Shown: piece after piece, positions 26,974 to 38,224 of the stretch
How the letters are laid out: each line of letters begins with the position of its first letter
Position numbering within the stretch: position 1 is the first letter of the stretch
From: Callorhinchus milii
Taxonomy: Eukaryota
Reading direction: 5' to 3'
Assembly: GCF_018977255.1 (NCBI RefSeq)
Contig: NW_024704742.1
Coordinates: 37,140,001 to 37,204,000, forward strand
DNA length: 64,000 bases
Translations under genes and position numbers: made by a program
Notes under the pieces: generated by a model
The model's input: the letters and a program-made list of their open reading frames with translations, nothing else
What the model was told of the DNA's origin: nothing
The model's database searches: none

Positions 26974-27088
26974 ATGCATGTCTCACTGGCCGAGGCCCTG
27001 GAAGTAAGAGGAGGACCCCTGGAGGAAGAAGAGATCTGGGCCTTACTAAGCCAGAGTACAGAGTGCCTCCATGAGCTGTTCCACAAAG
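26974..27088 (+). CDS. PTPN13: PTPN13 first coding exon (KIND domain start); exon begins at 26969 with 5 nt of UTR
   Basis: Translates MHVSLAEALEVRGGPLEEEEIWALLSQSTECLHELFHK, near-identical to the recalled human PTPN13 N-terminus (MHVSLAEALEVRGGPLQEEEIWAVLNQSAESLQELFRK). Acceptor ttcttag|ataagATG; donor AAAG|gtatga; 115 coding nt, phase 1. Confidence 0.97.
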
Positions 27089-27469
27089 GTATGAGAACAT
27101 TTACTTTTACTTGGATCAGATAGGAATATGGCGTATGACTTGTTCAAACAATTCAAGTTCATGTCTCAAATCTTACTTGTACTGGCTCCATACCTTCCCT
27201 ACGTCCTACTGGAGGGAGCGTGGCCAAATCTTCTGACATGTTCTTTTTTATATTCAACATGTGTTGTTTTTTCTCAATTGGTGGCATCCTTACTCCAGGG
27301 TCAGAACATTATAGGTTCAAGGCACAAATCATGGGAACTCCTACATTAGGCTGACATGTCATTGAAGTACTAGGAGAGTGCGTTTGAGGTGCTGTACTTT
27401 GATTAAGATATTAAACCAAACCTGCATGTTCAGACGTTAATATGCCATCACTATTCTCAAAGAGAAGAA

Positions 27470-28620
27470 ACAACAACAACACAATTACATTTGTATAGCG
27501 CCTTTCACATCAGGAGGATGTCCCAATGGCACTGGACAGTCAGCGTTTCGGACCCGAGCTGGGGGTTGGAATAATAATAATAATAATAATCCTTGTATTT
27601 GATATAGCGTTTTTCACGTTGGGAGGACGTCCCAAAGCACTTCACAGAACACACTGTAAAGTGAATTGACTGTATATTTGTGGGCGAACAGCCAATTGCG
27701 CACAGCAATGTCCAACAAATAGTCGTAGATTGAAAATGACCAATTTATTATTGTTTTTGGTTTTGGAGGGATTATTATTAGGCTCTGTGTGGAGTAAGGA
27801 AACTTGCCCAAGGTTTCGCCCTCTGCCTGGAATTGAACTCAGGTCTCTTGCTTGCAAAGCGAGTGCTCTAACCACTGAGCTACAGGACTCCAGGGATCGG
27901 GGAGGGCGGAGGGCAGTGGGGGAAGCAGGATGATTGAAAGCATGGTCAATGAGGTAGGGGGAGCAAGGCCATGGAGGCCTCTGGGCAAGGATGGGGATGA
28001 TAGGATCATGGAGCCCATGTCCCAGCTCTGGACATGGGCTGCAGAGTCTGATGACCTGCAGCCTATGGAGGGAGGAGTTGGGGAGGCTGCCAAGCAAGGA
28101 GCTTGCATAATTGAGCCTCGATGTTATGAATGCGTATATGAGGGTTTCGGCGACCTGCGGTGTGAGATAGTGGCAGAGCCGGGCGATGTTGCAGAGGTGG
28201 GGGAAGGCAGAGCGAGTCATGGCACGGATGTGGGGTAGAAAGAATAGTTGAAGGTCAAGCAAGATGCCAAGGTTCCAGACTGGCTTAGTAAGGTGGAGTG
28301 TGCAACCATGGATGGTGATGCTGTCAGCGCCTGAGGTATGAAGGTGCTGACGGGAGCCAATCAGGAGAGCCTCGGTCTTGTTGACATTCAATTGAAGAAA
28401 GTTCGCTCTCATCCAGGAATTGATTTCTGACAGACATTCTATCAGGACAGCAGTGGTCCTGGAGACAGAGCGGTAGAGTTGGGTGTCATCCACATACATG
28501 TGGAAGTTGACCCCATGTCTGCAGATGATGTCAGCATATAGATATTGAAGAGGAAGGGACCAAGGACAGAGCCCTGAGGAACGCCGGACGAAACGGTGCG
28601 GGGGGATAGAAGAGAAATCG
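27470..28620 (-). mobile_element. L2-clade LINE RT/3' fragment, split by a SINE
   Basis: [39 protein letters not shown] and FITSRLNY in ORFs 28442..28666 and 27642..28907; (aac)n tail at 27470. Confidence 0.92.
27570..27892 (-). mobile_element. Full-length young SINE nested in the L2 element
   Basis: Reverse complement of the 4175 element; the L2 sequence resumes on both sides (compare 31960-32030). Confidence 0.93.
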
Positions 28621-30719
28621 TTTGTGGAGATGAAGTGGAGGCGGTTTCTTCTGCTGTCCTGGCCAACAGTCCTCCAGATTACTTGGTTGTGGCTTTGTGG
28701 AACTTTGCAGGAGCAAAATAATTGCTGTGATTGCCGAGCAACAGTCACTGTTTGACAGAAATTGACTGGTGAAGCACTTTCAGATTTCATCATAAGGTGC
28801 TTTTTTGAAAGTTCTTTCTTAGACCATGGACCTGGAATTGCAAGAAACCAAATTGGAAACCCTTTTCCCACTCCTGACCCTGACATCTGTGTACATGTTC
28901 TTGGCACGTGGTAAGGTCAGGATTGTTCACTCCATGCAGATTCCCAAGGTTCTCCCTACTTGCAGTCATAAGGTTTTCCCTGTGGCAGTCCAGTTACTTC
29001 CACTGTAAATTTGGTTTGAGAAAAGGCTTGTTGCTACTTAATATGAGTTAACGTTTGAGAATTAGAGAAGGTGTGTTGGCTGGAACGCTGCAAAATCAAG
29101 AAAACTGTGTGTTTCTTCTTTCTGTTTACACCCTTCACATCACACCACTCCGTCAACATAAGGGGTTAAGAGCAACAGTCCTAAATTGTTCATGACGTGG
29201 AATGCCATTACAGTAAAACTGCGCATGTGTAATTCAATTTAGCCAGTAAGTGCGCATGGGAGACTGGTCAAAACTACATTTCCTGCAATTCAATGCATCT
29301 TGATCTGTCACCGCATGCTGACAAGCATAGGAATCACATTGAATCACGGAAAACAACAACAACTTGGATTTATCTAGCACCCTCTATACCGGACGGTGTC
29401 TCAGAGTGCTCACATGCATAGACTGATCAAGACTTTGTTTCCCGCCATTCACTGCAGCCGGCTGGTAATAAGCATGCATCAATGGATCCGCTCGTCATTT
29501 CCCGCAAAAGTGTGGCAGCAATGGAGGGTAGGGGAGCAGCGTTATAAGTTGGAAAGTGATTAATACAAGAAGTGCAAAGACATCTAAGGGGTTTTGATAG
29601 GAAACTGAATGGGACTCAGGTGCATGTACGACTCAGGTGATTATACGATTTATAAAGGTAAGACTTATGCGAGTTATATGGAATAAGCTGCTGTTTCTGC
29701 TGCTTAAACTCAGTAAACATGAACTTTGAACCCTTTCTCTTTTGTGGGAAACCATTTGCCAATATTGATGATCTCTCAGTATGTAAAGCTACCCAGTTGT
29801 ACATAATAGTCTATATGTCTCGCGAAGTATCTGTGAACAGTATTTGATTTAATACGTATCACAACTGTGCGACACGTCTGTAGTGTTAGCAGTGCTTCCT
29901 GCGTGCAGATTATGGGAAGTGATATCTGCAGCAACCCAAAGACCTGGAATTTGGATAGTTAACGCAGAAAACAACCAGTTTATGCACAAATGTACCACAT
30001 TTAGAGTAACTGTAGGTTCCAAGGTCCAAAGGACATCCATGGTAAAAACGAATACAAGTTCTTTTGTAATTCTGCTGCGGTAGACTTAAGACATGAACTG
30101 CCCCTTTGTTGCAGTTGTTTCTATATAGGTGTTTACAAATGCTATAGATTCTGCCTCTGTTTTTTTTTAAGCAACTTGAATGTTGTGTGCATTTCAAACT
30201 CTACCTAATGTTTTAAATTCTCATTTCTTTTGGTGATTGGGTCACTACACAGCTTTGTGCAGAGTGTTGTCAAACACTAGTGTACGTTGTACAAACATTG
30301 GTAAACTTTTTATTCTACTTTTCATTGTATGATTATAATTGAACGTACTATTATAAATGGAACAAAAAGTCTTGTTACTGTTATTGAACAGCATGTATCG
30401 GATCACAGTGTTCCATCCTTATANTTTTTTGCTTCCTGTAAACTCCTAATATAGAACTGCAGATTAGGGTGACCACCACTTTGTGTCTTTGTAATGGGAT
30501 ACGCTATTAAGTATTAATACAAATAGGTGGTGAGTGAACTACTTTAAAATGCACTACTGTTCCCTGGATGCATGCAAATTCAGCATTTCTGAGAGTGAAA
30601 TGCCCATCTCAGCGACATTCAGCTCAGTGACATATCCGAGTTCATTTGGATTACATATTTAGGCATGCTGTCCTCAAACCAATTCGGTAGTAATAATTAC
30701 TGTAATAATAATTTCAGGC

Positions 30720-30890
30720 TATGTCAGTCTTGCTGAATTGGTAGCCCTCTCGCCCTTGAGTTAGAGGGTTATGGGTTCAAGCCGCGCGTCAAGTCTTCAA
30801 GCTCATCCTTCGGATGAGACCTAAGAATCACAGTCACTTCTGCCTGTTTAGATGGACGTTAAAGATCCCATGGCCCTATTCGAAAAGAGA
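30720..30890 (+). mobile_element. Deu-domain SINE fragment
   Basis: gggttcaagcc head; ccttcggatgagac...tgcctgtttagatggacgttaaagatcccatggccctattcgaa. Confidence 0.75.
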
Positions 30891-31699
30891 TGGGATGGGA
30901 AGGAGCAAGTCAGTGGGACTCTGGAATTGAGATTTGGACAATGGTGGCAGAATGACTTAATGCCCACCTACCCGCCAATGGTGGGATAAATAGGACAGGA
31001 GACATGAAGCAGGCCATTGTTTACTGTGAGAAAGGAGCAGCCGAGTCCAAATGGTTGAAGGAGGTCACAGAGGTAGGGAATTGCAATCGGACATTTATGC
31101 AACAGGCCTCGATTACCCCCATTGCAGAAGTACCTACAATAAAAGTAGCCTGAACAACTCTTGGGTCTGTTCAGGTGATTATTTTTAACATGCTGGTACT
31201 TGAAAGGACCACAGGAGTTCAACTGGTACAAAAGTATAATCAAGGAATTGGCTCACAAGGCAATAAATAGATAAGGCAGGTTTACTTTGTTGTGATAGTG
31301 TTTCAATGCTACAAAGAGACCCTCTTACATTGCACCTGTTTTTTGTTCACAACATATGAATGACTGATTCTCTACTGGTTCCTCCTTCAGTGGAGGATCG
31401 GGAGGAGGTGGTTTGAGATATGGACTTCTTCTTGATTTCTATCCGACAACAACAATAACAACTTGCATTTAAGTAGTGCCCTTCACGCAGAGTAGGGTCC
31501 AGGAGCACTTATTATCCAACCTCTTTCTATGCTCACTGCACAGGATACAGTTTGCGCTTCTGCAAGATGGAACGGGTCATGTATGAATTCCTCTTTCCTC
31601 AGATGGAGCTCTGTGCTGTTACTTTGAGTGGTTTTGCCAGGAATAGTCCACACAATAAATAAATTATGAAGCAGATTTTCCTTAATCTTTGAAAGGTGC

Positions 31700-32480
31700 A
31701 ACAACACCAACAAGATTGCATTTATAGAGCGCTTTTCATGTCGGGAGGACGTCCCAAGGAGCTGGACAGTTGGGTCGGGACCTGAGCAGGGGGGAAATGG
31801 TCAGGTTGAGGGAAGGGAGGGAGCGAGGAGGGGGTAGAGAGTTGAGAGGGGAGGTGAAGGCACGGTTGAAGAGGTTTGTTGTGGGGTACAACAACAACAA
31901 AATTACATTTGTATAGCGCCTTTCACATCGGGGAGGGGGGGAGTCCCAATGCACTGGACAGTCAGCGTTTCGGACCTGAGCTGGGGGTCGGGATTGGGGA
32001 AGGTGGAGGGCAGTGGGGGAAGCGGGGTGATTGAAAGCATGGTCAATGAGGAGGGTCTTGAGATGGGTCTTGAAGGAGGTAAGTAAGGGGACGAGGCAGG
32101 GGGACTGTGGGATGGAGTTCCAGAAAGTGGAGGCAAAGTGGCAGAAGGCCCTCCCGCCAATGGTGGGGAAGAGAGGTGGACATGAAGCACCCCGGAGCCC
32201 GCTGAGCAGAAGGAGTGGGCAGTTTGGTAGGGTTTAGAAGGTTTCAGAGGTAGGGGGGCTTTGAAGGTGAGGACCAGGATCTTGAACTGTATCCTCTGTG
32301 TGATGGGAAACTAATGGAGTTGGGCGAGGATGGGAGTGATAGGATTGTGAAGCCTGATGCGTGAGAGGATACGGGCTGCAGACTTCTGGATGATGCGCAG
32401 ACTATGGAGGGAAAAGTTGAGGAGGTCGACAAGTGGGGAGTTTGAGTAGTCGAGCCTGGATGTTATGAATACGTGTATGA
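31700..32480 (-). mobile_element. Two adjacent L2-clade 3' fragments
   Basis: Two (aac)n tails (about 31700 and 31888); FITSRLDYSN...IQKSAARILS in ORF 32311..32538. Confidence 0.88.
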
Positions 32481-32529
32481 GACTTTCTATGTACAAGCAG
32501 TACCGTACATAGGTCTTACAGCTGTGTTT

Positions 32530-32637
32530 CGGCCACAAAATATACAGTCAATTCACTTTACAGTATATTCTGTGAAGCGCTTTGAGACGTCTCGAAGATG
32601 TGATAAGGTGCTATATCAAATGCAAGGCTGATTATTA
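32530..32637 (+). mobile_element. SINE 3' fragment
   Basis: ccacaaaatatacagtcaattcac...atcaaatgcaagg. Confidence 0.85.
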
Positions 32638-34765
32638 TAACAAGGATGTTAAAAGATCAAACTGATAATGTTTTACAAAAAGGCCTTTTCCTGTGTTGTT
32701 TTGCAACATTTGTTACTTAGATAGTGTTCATGGAATATTTGTAGTGTGAATGCAATCAGATATTGGCAAATAGGTCACAGGGGATAGCACAAGGAATTGT
32801 GTTATTATTAAGCAGTAAGGATGAATCTATTGATTGCATTATCATTACTGGAAGTTCCAAGTTTCTGCACACACTAGTTCAGTGGTTCCTCAGTGCTTGG
32901 GATTTTGAAGTGCCTCTGGTGTGGTTATGGGGTAGGAGGATGTTGTGGAGGGTGACTTGAAAGTACAGTTTATAATCCGGGTTATTTCAAAAGGACGAGC
33001 TGTGAGTTAGACAGGAATTGAGTGCAGATTGGAGCTACACCAAATCTTAAAAGGGGGGCAGATATTGGGGACCAATTGGACATGTACATAATCTTCATTT
33101 GCTCAAAGCTTTATTTGACACTTCAAAGCCGATGGTCAGCTAAGGAGTTGACACTGATACATTCACATTGTAGTATCACTGACTAAGGTGACCTACGCCT
33201 TGTTTCATTTCTTTAGCAGTCAATCACAGCTGATTTCACAGCAGTCAGTGACTCAGACCAATGCTGAACCAGAGGAAGATTTTGTGGTTCTTTAACCCAC
33301 ATTCTCCGTAACTCAAGGATTGACTAACCAAGGTTACCTCTGTATCAGTGGCATTCCTGTATATCAGAGCAAGCCCCTGAATGAGGGCACTACCTCTACC
33401 TTTAGAAACGTTTTAGAATAAGGGCTTCATTTCACTTCCAGAGTTGTGCAAGCTCTTGCATTTCCAGTTCCATGTTCCAGCACTGATTCCCACGGCTCTG
33501 CCCTGGTACTGACGTAGTTTCTAATTGGGGCCAGAACTGACAAGTTATGATTAGTTTATGAAAAATTGAGAAAACTGGATCTAAAAGAGCTTGATGTAGA
33601 AACAGTTTGGGATTGCAGATTGCGAGTAAGTCAGTTATGTCACTCCCTTGCAGTTTGGCTATATTGTACTTTTTTTAAAGTCAAATAGGGTTTACTGTAC
33701 TGTGTTTAAATGCAGCATGGAAAATTGATGTCACTGTCAGTTTTTCCAGTGTCAAATTGTCTATGCACAAACAGTAAAAATCCACTTTGTTTGTGCCAGC
33801 GTTTCATCCATATAAAGACTGGGAGGACCTGCTTTTCCTAGGAAAGAGAACTGAACACTGTAATTTAGAAGCTACAGAATATAGTTTTATTCATTTTAAA
33901 ACCCCATTTGTATTTTTGTTTGCTTACATTAAAAAAATCTGAGCCACCTTTAATTTTGAAATTCATGCTTGCGAATGTTTACTGTGATTACTTCAGATGC
34001 TTCATATTTGAGGACTCCTTTGGTCTTAGTCTTATTTGTTCTTATGTATATGCTGCTCATTGAATAGACATGATGTTTGTTTTGTTAATATAGACTATGT
34101 AACCTGTGGTACATCAAAAATCTAATGGTGAGAGTTTCAAAATTAATTACTAGCTTTAAACAGGCTTGGTGCAGTACCGCAAAACAGTATGTTGGTAGTG
34201 ATTGAGGGCATGTAAAAACAGGTAGGACATGAGCCGATACTTGCCTGAACTTGGTCGTAGGTGGTGGTTATTGACAGAATCAAAATGCTGCAGACTACTC
34301 TAGATGGGTTCTGTGATCTTGGTAGATTTTTTTTATGAGTACAGTACACAATTAAGGAAGAAGGAAGGGGCATAGTTAAAGTACACAATATCCAAGTACC
34401 AAAGCCATTTTATCCAGACTATGCAGCTATCAGTGGTATTCCATCCATCCATGGTTTACATCTCTATGCCTTTAGGGACTCTGACTCACTTGCACAATGG
34501 CATTGAAACAAACCCAAGTATCACTGAAGTGATGATTTGGAGATTTGTGATCCAGATATTAAAATACTGAGTCATAAAAAATAAAATATTTCAAGTCATG
34601 GATAAAATAATTGCAAGATGGTTATTCAGCACAGTCTACGATTGTAAAACAAAACCCAAATAAAACAAATTGGCAGACCACTAGTAAGACTGAAGTTCAG
34701 AAGAATTTTGTTTTTCCCAAGAGAATAGAAGATGTATGGAAGTAACTCATAAAAAGTACATAATG

Positions 34766-35330
34766 GGGGCAGTCCCGATGGTGTGGTAGATAGAGTTGCA
34801 GCTTACGAACCAGCAGCTCAATGGTTTGAATCCCAGTCAGTGCTCTGTTTGATGGTCTCAGATGTATGTAATTCATGTAAAGGCTAAATTGGCTTGGCCT
34901 TCCTAGGGCGAGAGAGGGGAAGACAGGGTTCCTGCTCTTGGTTACTCTTCAACATTCTCTATTCGTTGTTAGCTATTTTGCTGCTCGTGGAAAATTGTTT
35001 TGTGCAAATTGGCTGCCATGATCATCTACAAATACACAGTAAACACGCCTTATGGTGAATCCTGTGTAGCACTCTGAGACGTTTCATCATTATGCAAGGC
35101 ACTATATCAAATCCAAGTGTTTGTATTATTTATGCATATGGGCAGAAGTGAGTCTCAGCTGTGCGACTCTCTTTAGTCAAGTGACCTATCAACATTCACT
35201 GCCATGATTCGTACATGAACAGTGGCCACTTGGATGGGTACCAGTGGACCAGCATCCATGAAACCATGCACCAGCAAGAGGAGGCCACACAAGGAGCAGA
35301 GAAGAATATACTAGTGGGGAGAAAATTAGA
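34766..35330 (+). mobile_element. Ancient tRNA-headed SINE (AmnSINE2-like from memory) with a nested Deu-type SINE fragment (~34970-35120)
   Basis: ggtttgaatcccagtcagtgct head, cagggttcctgctc, ctcagctgtg and ggccacttgg...ggtaccag motifs, partly shared with 58028-58310 and 75-205. Confidence 0.55.
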
Positions 35331-35940
35331 AGCATAATCGGACACTAAAATGTTTTAGAATGTCAGTAATAACAATTTGCAACACCCTTCGTGTGGGATA
35401 GCATCTCAGGGCACTGAAAAGAGCAAATTACACTTTTTTGATAAACTCCTTTCAAATAATGGTTATGAATGGGACTGAAGATGTAAGGCTAAGTACAGAA
35501 CATTATGTATTATCCACCCCTATTGGTTTCAGAAGCATGTTTAATATATAGAATGCAGCCAGTCACAGTTGATTAATGTCGACTGTCATTTAGATTACTA
35601 ATTTGCCTGGAAATCAAAAAAATATCAGTTTTATTTTATTGAAAGGTTTGTTTATGGTAGTTCACCTCCTTCAGAAAATTCAATGAGTGAAGAGTCCATA
35701 GAATTTTCTGTTATCTGTTTCTGTGACTGGACTCTTTGACCTTTTTGGTTACAGATTTTTCAATGTGGACTTGCAGATGGAGGAAGGGTGGTTTAAAGCC
35801 CTGGGACATATGTAGGTAGAGCAGCTCAACTCAACAGTAATCTTGTGCAAGACCAAATATGGAAGCAAAAGAAAAAGAGGTGGAGGTTGGATGAGTATCT
35901 CAGATCTTAAGGCATTGGATCCAGATTCGAAATTAGTGTA

Positions 35941-36441
35941 CAGTCCTACCCGTTTATGTCGACATTAAGAGGACCAAGCAGATTTCGTCAACATAAGTGG
36001 GTTTTGACATAAATAAATGAACGCTGTCAGTCACTGGCAGCCGCGGTGCACGCTGGGGAGTTGTAGTGAGGGTACAAACTGAGCGCCATCCTCCCTGACT
36101 CCAGGGGACTACATATGTTCCGCACACTCTAAAGCTTAAGTGGAGTGTTTCAGTGCTTTGATCTGATTAATGATGTACAAGTACTCGTCGTAGAGCCAGT
36201 TGCAGCGCGGGAATTCAAGGGTTAAAACAATCGGTCTTTTGACATAAGAACTTAATGTACCTAATGCTGTTAGGGACTTGGAAAAATTTGTCGATATAAT
36301 CATTCCCAAAATTTATGCTGAAATCAATATACGTGGTAAATTTAACGTGTTCCCGTGCGGGGAAGGTCCCGACACTTCAAATTTATGTCGACAAATGTGG
36401 GATGTCGGTATCAACTGGCTCAAGATAAGTGAGTAGCACTG
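35941..36441. mobile_element. 501-bp Tigger/pogo-like MITE
   Basis: TA|CAGTCCTACCCGTTTATGTCG ... CAAGATAAGTGAGTAGCACTG|TA (15/21 inverted match, TA on both sides); repeated subterminal TTATGTCGACA-like motifs. Confidence 0.8.
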
Positions 36442-37304
36442 TATAACTTTGAGTGTGTATTGCAGGAATAGCTTTCAATTTAGGACATCACAGTAAAGTT
36501 TTTGCTTGTGCCAGCTGGGTGTCTGACACATGCAAACCCAAAGTGAGTAAGTATCTGCTGAAGAACAGTACTGAAGGATAGAGAATAGGTAAAAATAAGA
36601 CCAACGAATATCCCACAGAATACAATGGCTTCTGTGTTGCAAAGGCCCATGTAGTGGTGTTGCCAGTGAGAGAAGGAGGCTGTAGATTGAGCTATATGGG
36701 GAATATATGGTTTGAGCTATAGAGAGAAAATTTTCTAGTGTGTGATTGATTCTTTGTGATTCAAAGAGCATGTATACAATACGTTTCACCCAGGGGATGC
36801 AGCAGTTGGTTGAAATTTATGGTAGGTTTTGCATGGTTGTAGAGGGACTAGGCTTGATGGCCTTCTTGTTCCTTATGTTCCTTGTTTCTTGGACTCTTTA
36901 TTGCCATCCCTTTTGAGATTTGTTAACTTAGTAATGAAGATCATACCAAGGTGCTGGTCTATATAACTGCTCTGTTACTCTGTCCTATTGTCATCCTGCT
37001 CTTGCTTCTATGCAGATTGATTTTACCAGTATATGCTTAAAATAGCTCAGACCAAGTAAAACTGATATTAATTATGTTTTTTATTCAAAATCTGTGCAGC
37101 CAGATTAGTTGAAAATTATTTCTCATCCCGGATTTATCCAATAAAATGAAATGCTTATGAAGGAATGTGGAAGTGCTGAAACTCTTTATTTTGCCTCGTT
37201 GACTTGACACAAAGCATTGCAAAAAGTCCAGAAGAGTGGAGCTGCTTATTGTATATTTAAAAAAAAGTAAGGATTATAATCAGTTGATGCTTCTCTTTTC
37301 ACAG

Positions 37305-37474
37305 CTGACCCACCGGCCCTTGGTTTTATCATCTCTCCCTGGTCGCTGCTGCTGTTACCCTCTGGCAATATTTCCTACACTGACGAGAATGTTTCAAACC
37401 AGGATCTGCGAGTGTTCACAGCCCCTGAGATATTACAGAATCCGACTTTGTCTTCACTCTCAGATATTGAAAAG
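37305..37474 (+). CDS. PTPN13: PTPN13 coding exon 2 (KIND domain)
   Basis: Acceptor ttttcacag|CT; (A)DPPALGFIISPWSLLLLPSGNISYTDENVSNQDLRVFTAPEILQNPTLSSLSDIEK; donor AAG|gtacga. 170 nt, phase 1 to 0, in frame with the previous exon. Confidence 0.97.
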
Positions 37475-37600
37475 GTACGATACTACGAGGACGGCCGTGT
37501 GGGAAATGATTTGCTTAAAGTCATCTGTAAACATTTCACAGGTCAAAATTGAGAGGTGGATGTAATGGAAGCGATTTTTTTTAAAAAGAAAAGCCCATGG

Positions 37601-37825
37601 GGAGAAATTCCATCTGGGTCTATATTTATCCTATTAATGTAGCTATTCAGAGCATCCAGAATTTGGCAAGTTGTTGAATTTTCTATTAGTTTTGGAACGA
37701 TTTTTTAGCAAAGAACCACAGAAAACTGACTTCAAAGTTAAACTGAATTCAACAATGTGCCAAATTCTGGATTTCCTGATAACTTTCATAAAGTAAATAT
37801 AGACCGAGGTGGATTTTTTTTCTCC
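37601..37825. mobile_element. Palindromic MITE-like element
   Basis: Arms of ~85 bp sharing GGAGAAA..TCCA.CT.GGTCTATATTTA and ATCCAGAATTTGGCA..TTGTTGAATT; a related copy lies at 1108-1190. Confidence 0.75.
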
Positions 37826-38224
37826 AAATGAGTATTATTATCATAAAAATAATAATCCTTATATTTGTTACAGCGCCTTTCATGTCAGGAGGACATGACA
37901 AAGCACTTCATAGGATATATTGTAAAGTGTGTGTTTTGTGGGTGAGCACAAAGCTGGAAAGCGACTCACATCTTTGGATTCAACATTAGTTGCCTCTTTG
38001 TGCTTACCACAAAAACACACTCTACAGTATATCCCGTGAAGAACTTTGAGCTGTCCTCCCCCATTACCCAAACCAGATTGAGAGATCCATGTAGTTACCA
38101 TCACATGGAAATTCCCATTTCTGGAATGGAATGTGACTCCACTTTCTCCCTTACCTACCTCTGGAGAGTATCAAATACAGGCAGGTAAGAGCCAAGGCTT
38201 GGTGGACCACAGAGTGTGTGTTGA

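Noticed and set aside
27642..28907. 421-aa ORF as an intact reverse transcriptase gene
   Set aside because: Chimeric read-through of intron, frameshifted L2 RT and nested SINE; the catalytic motif reads YVDD and upstream RT motifs are in another frame.
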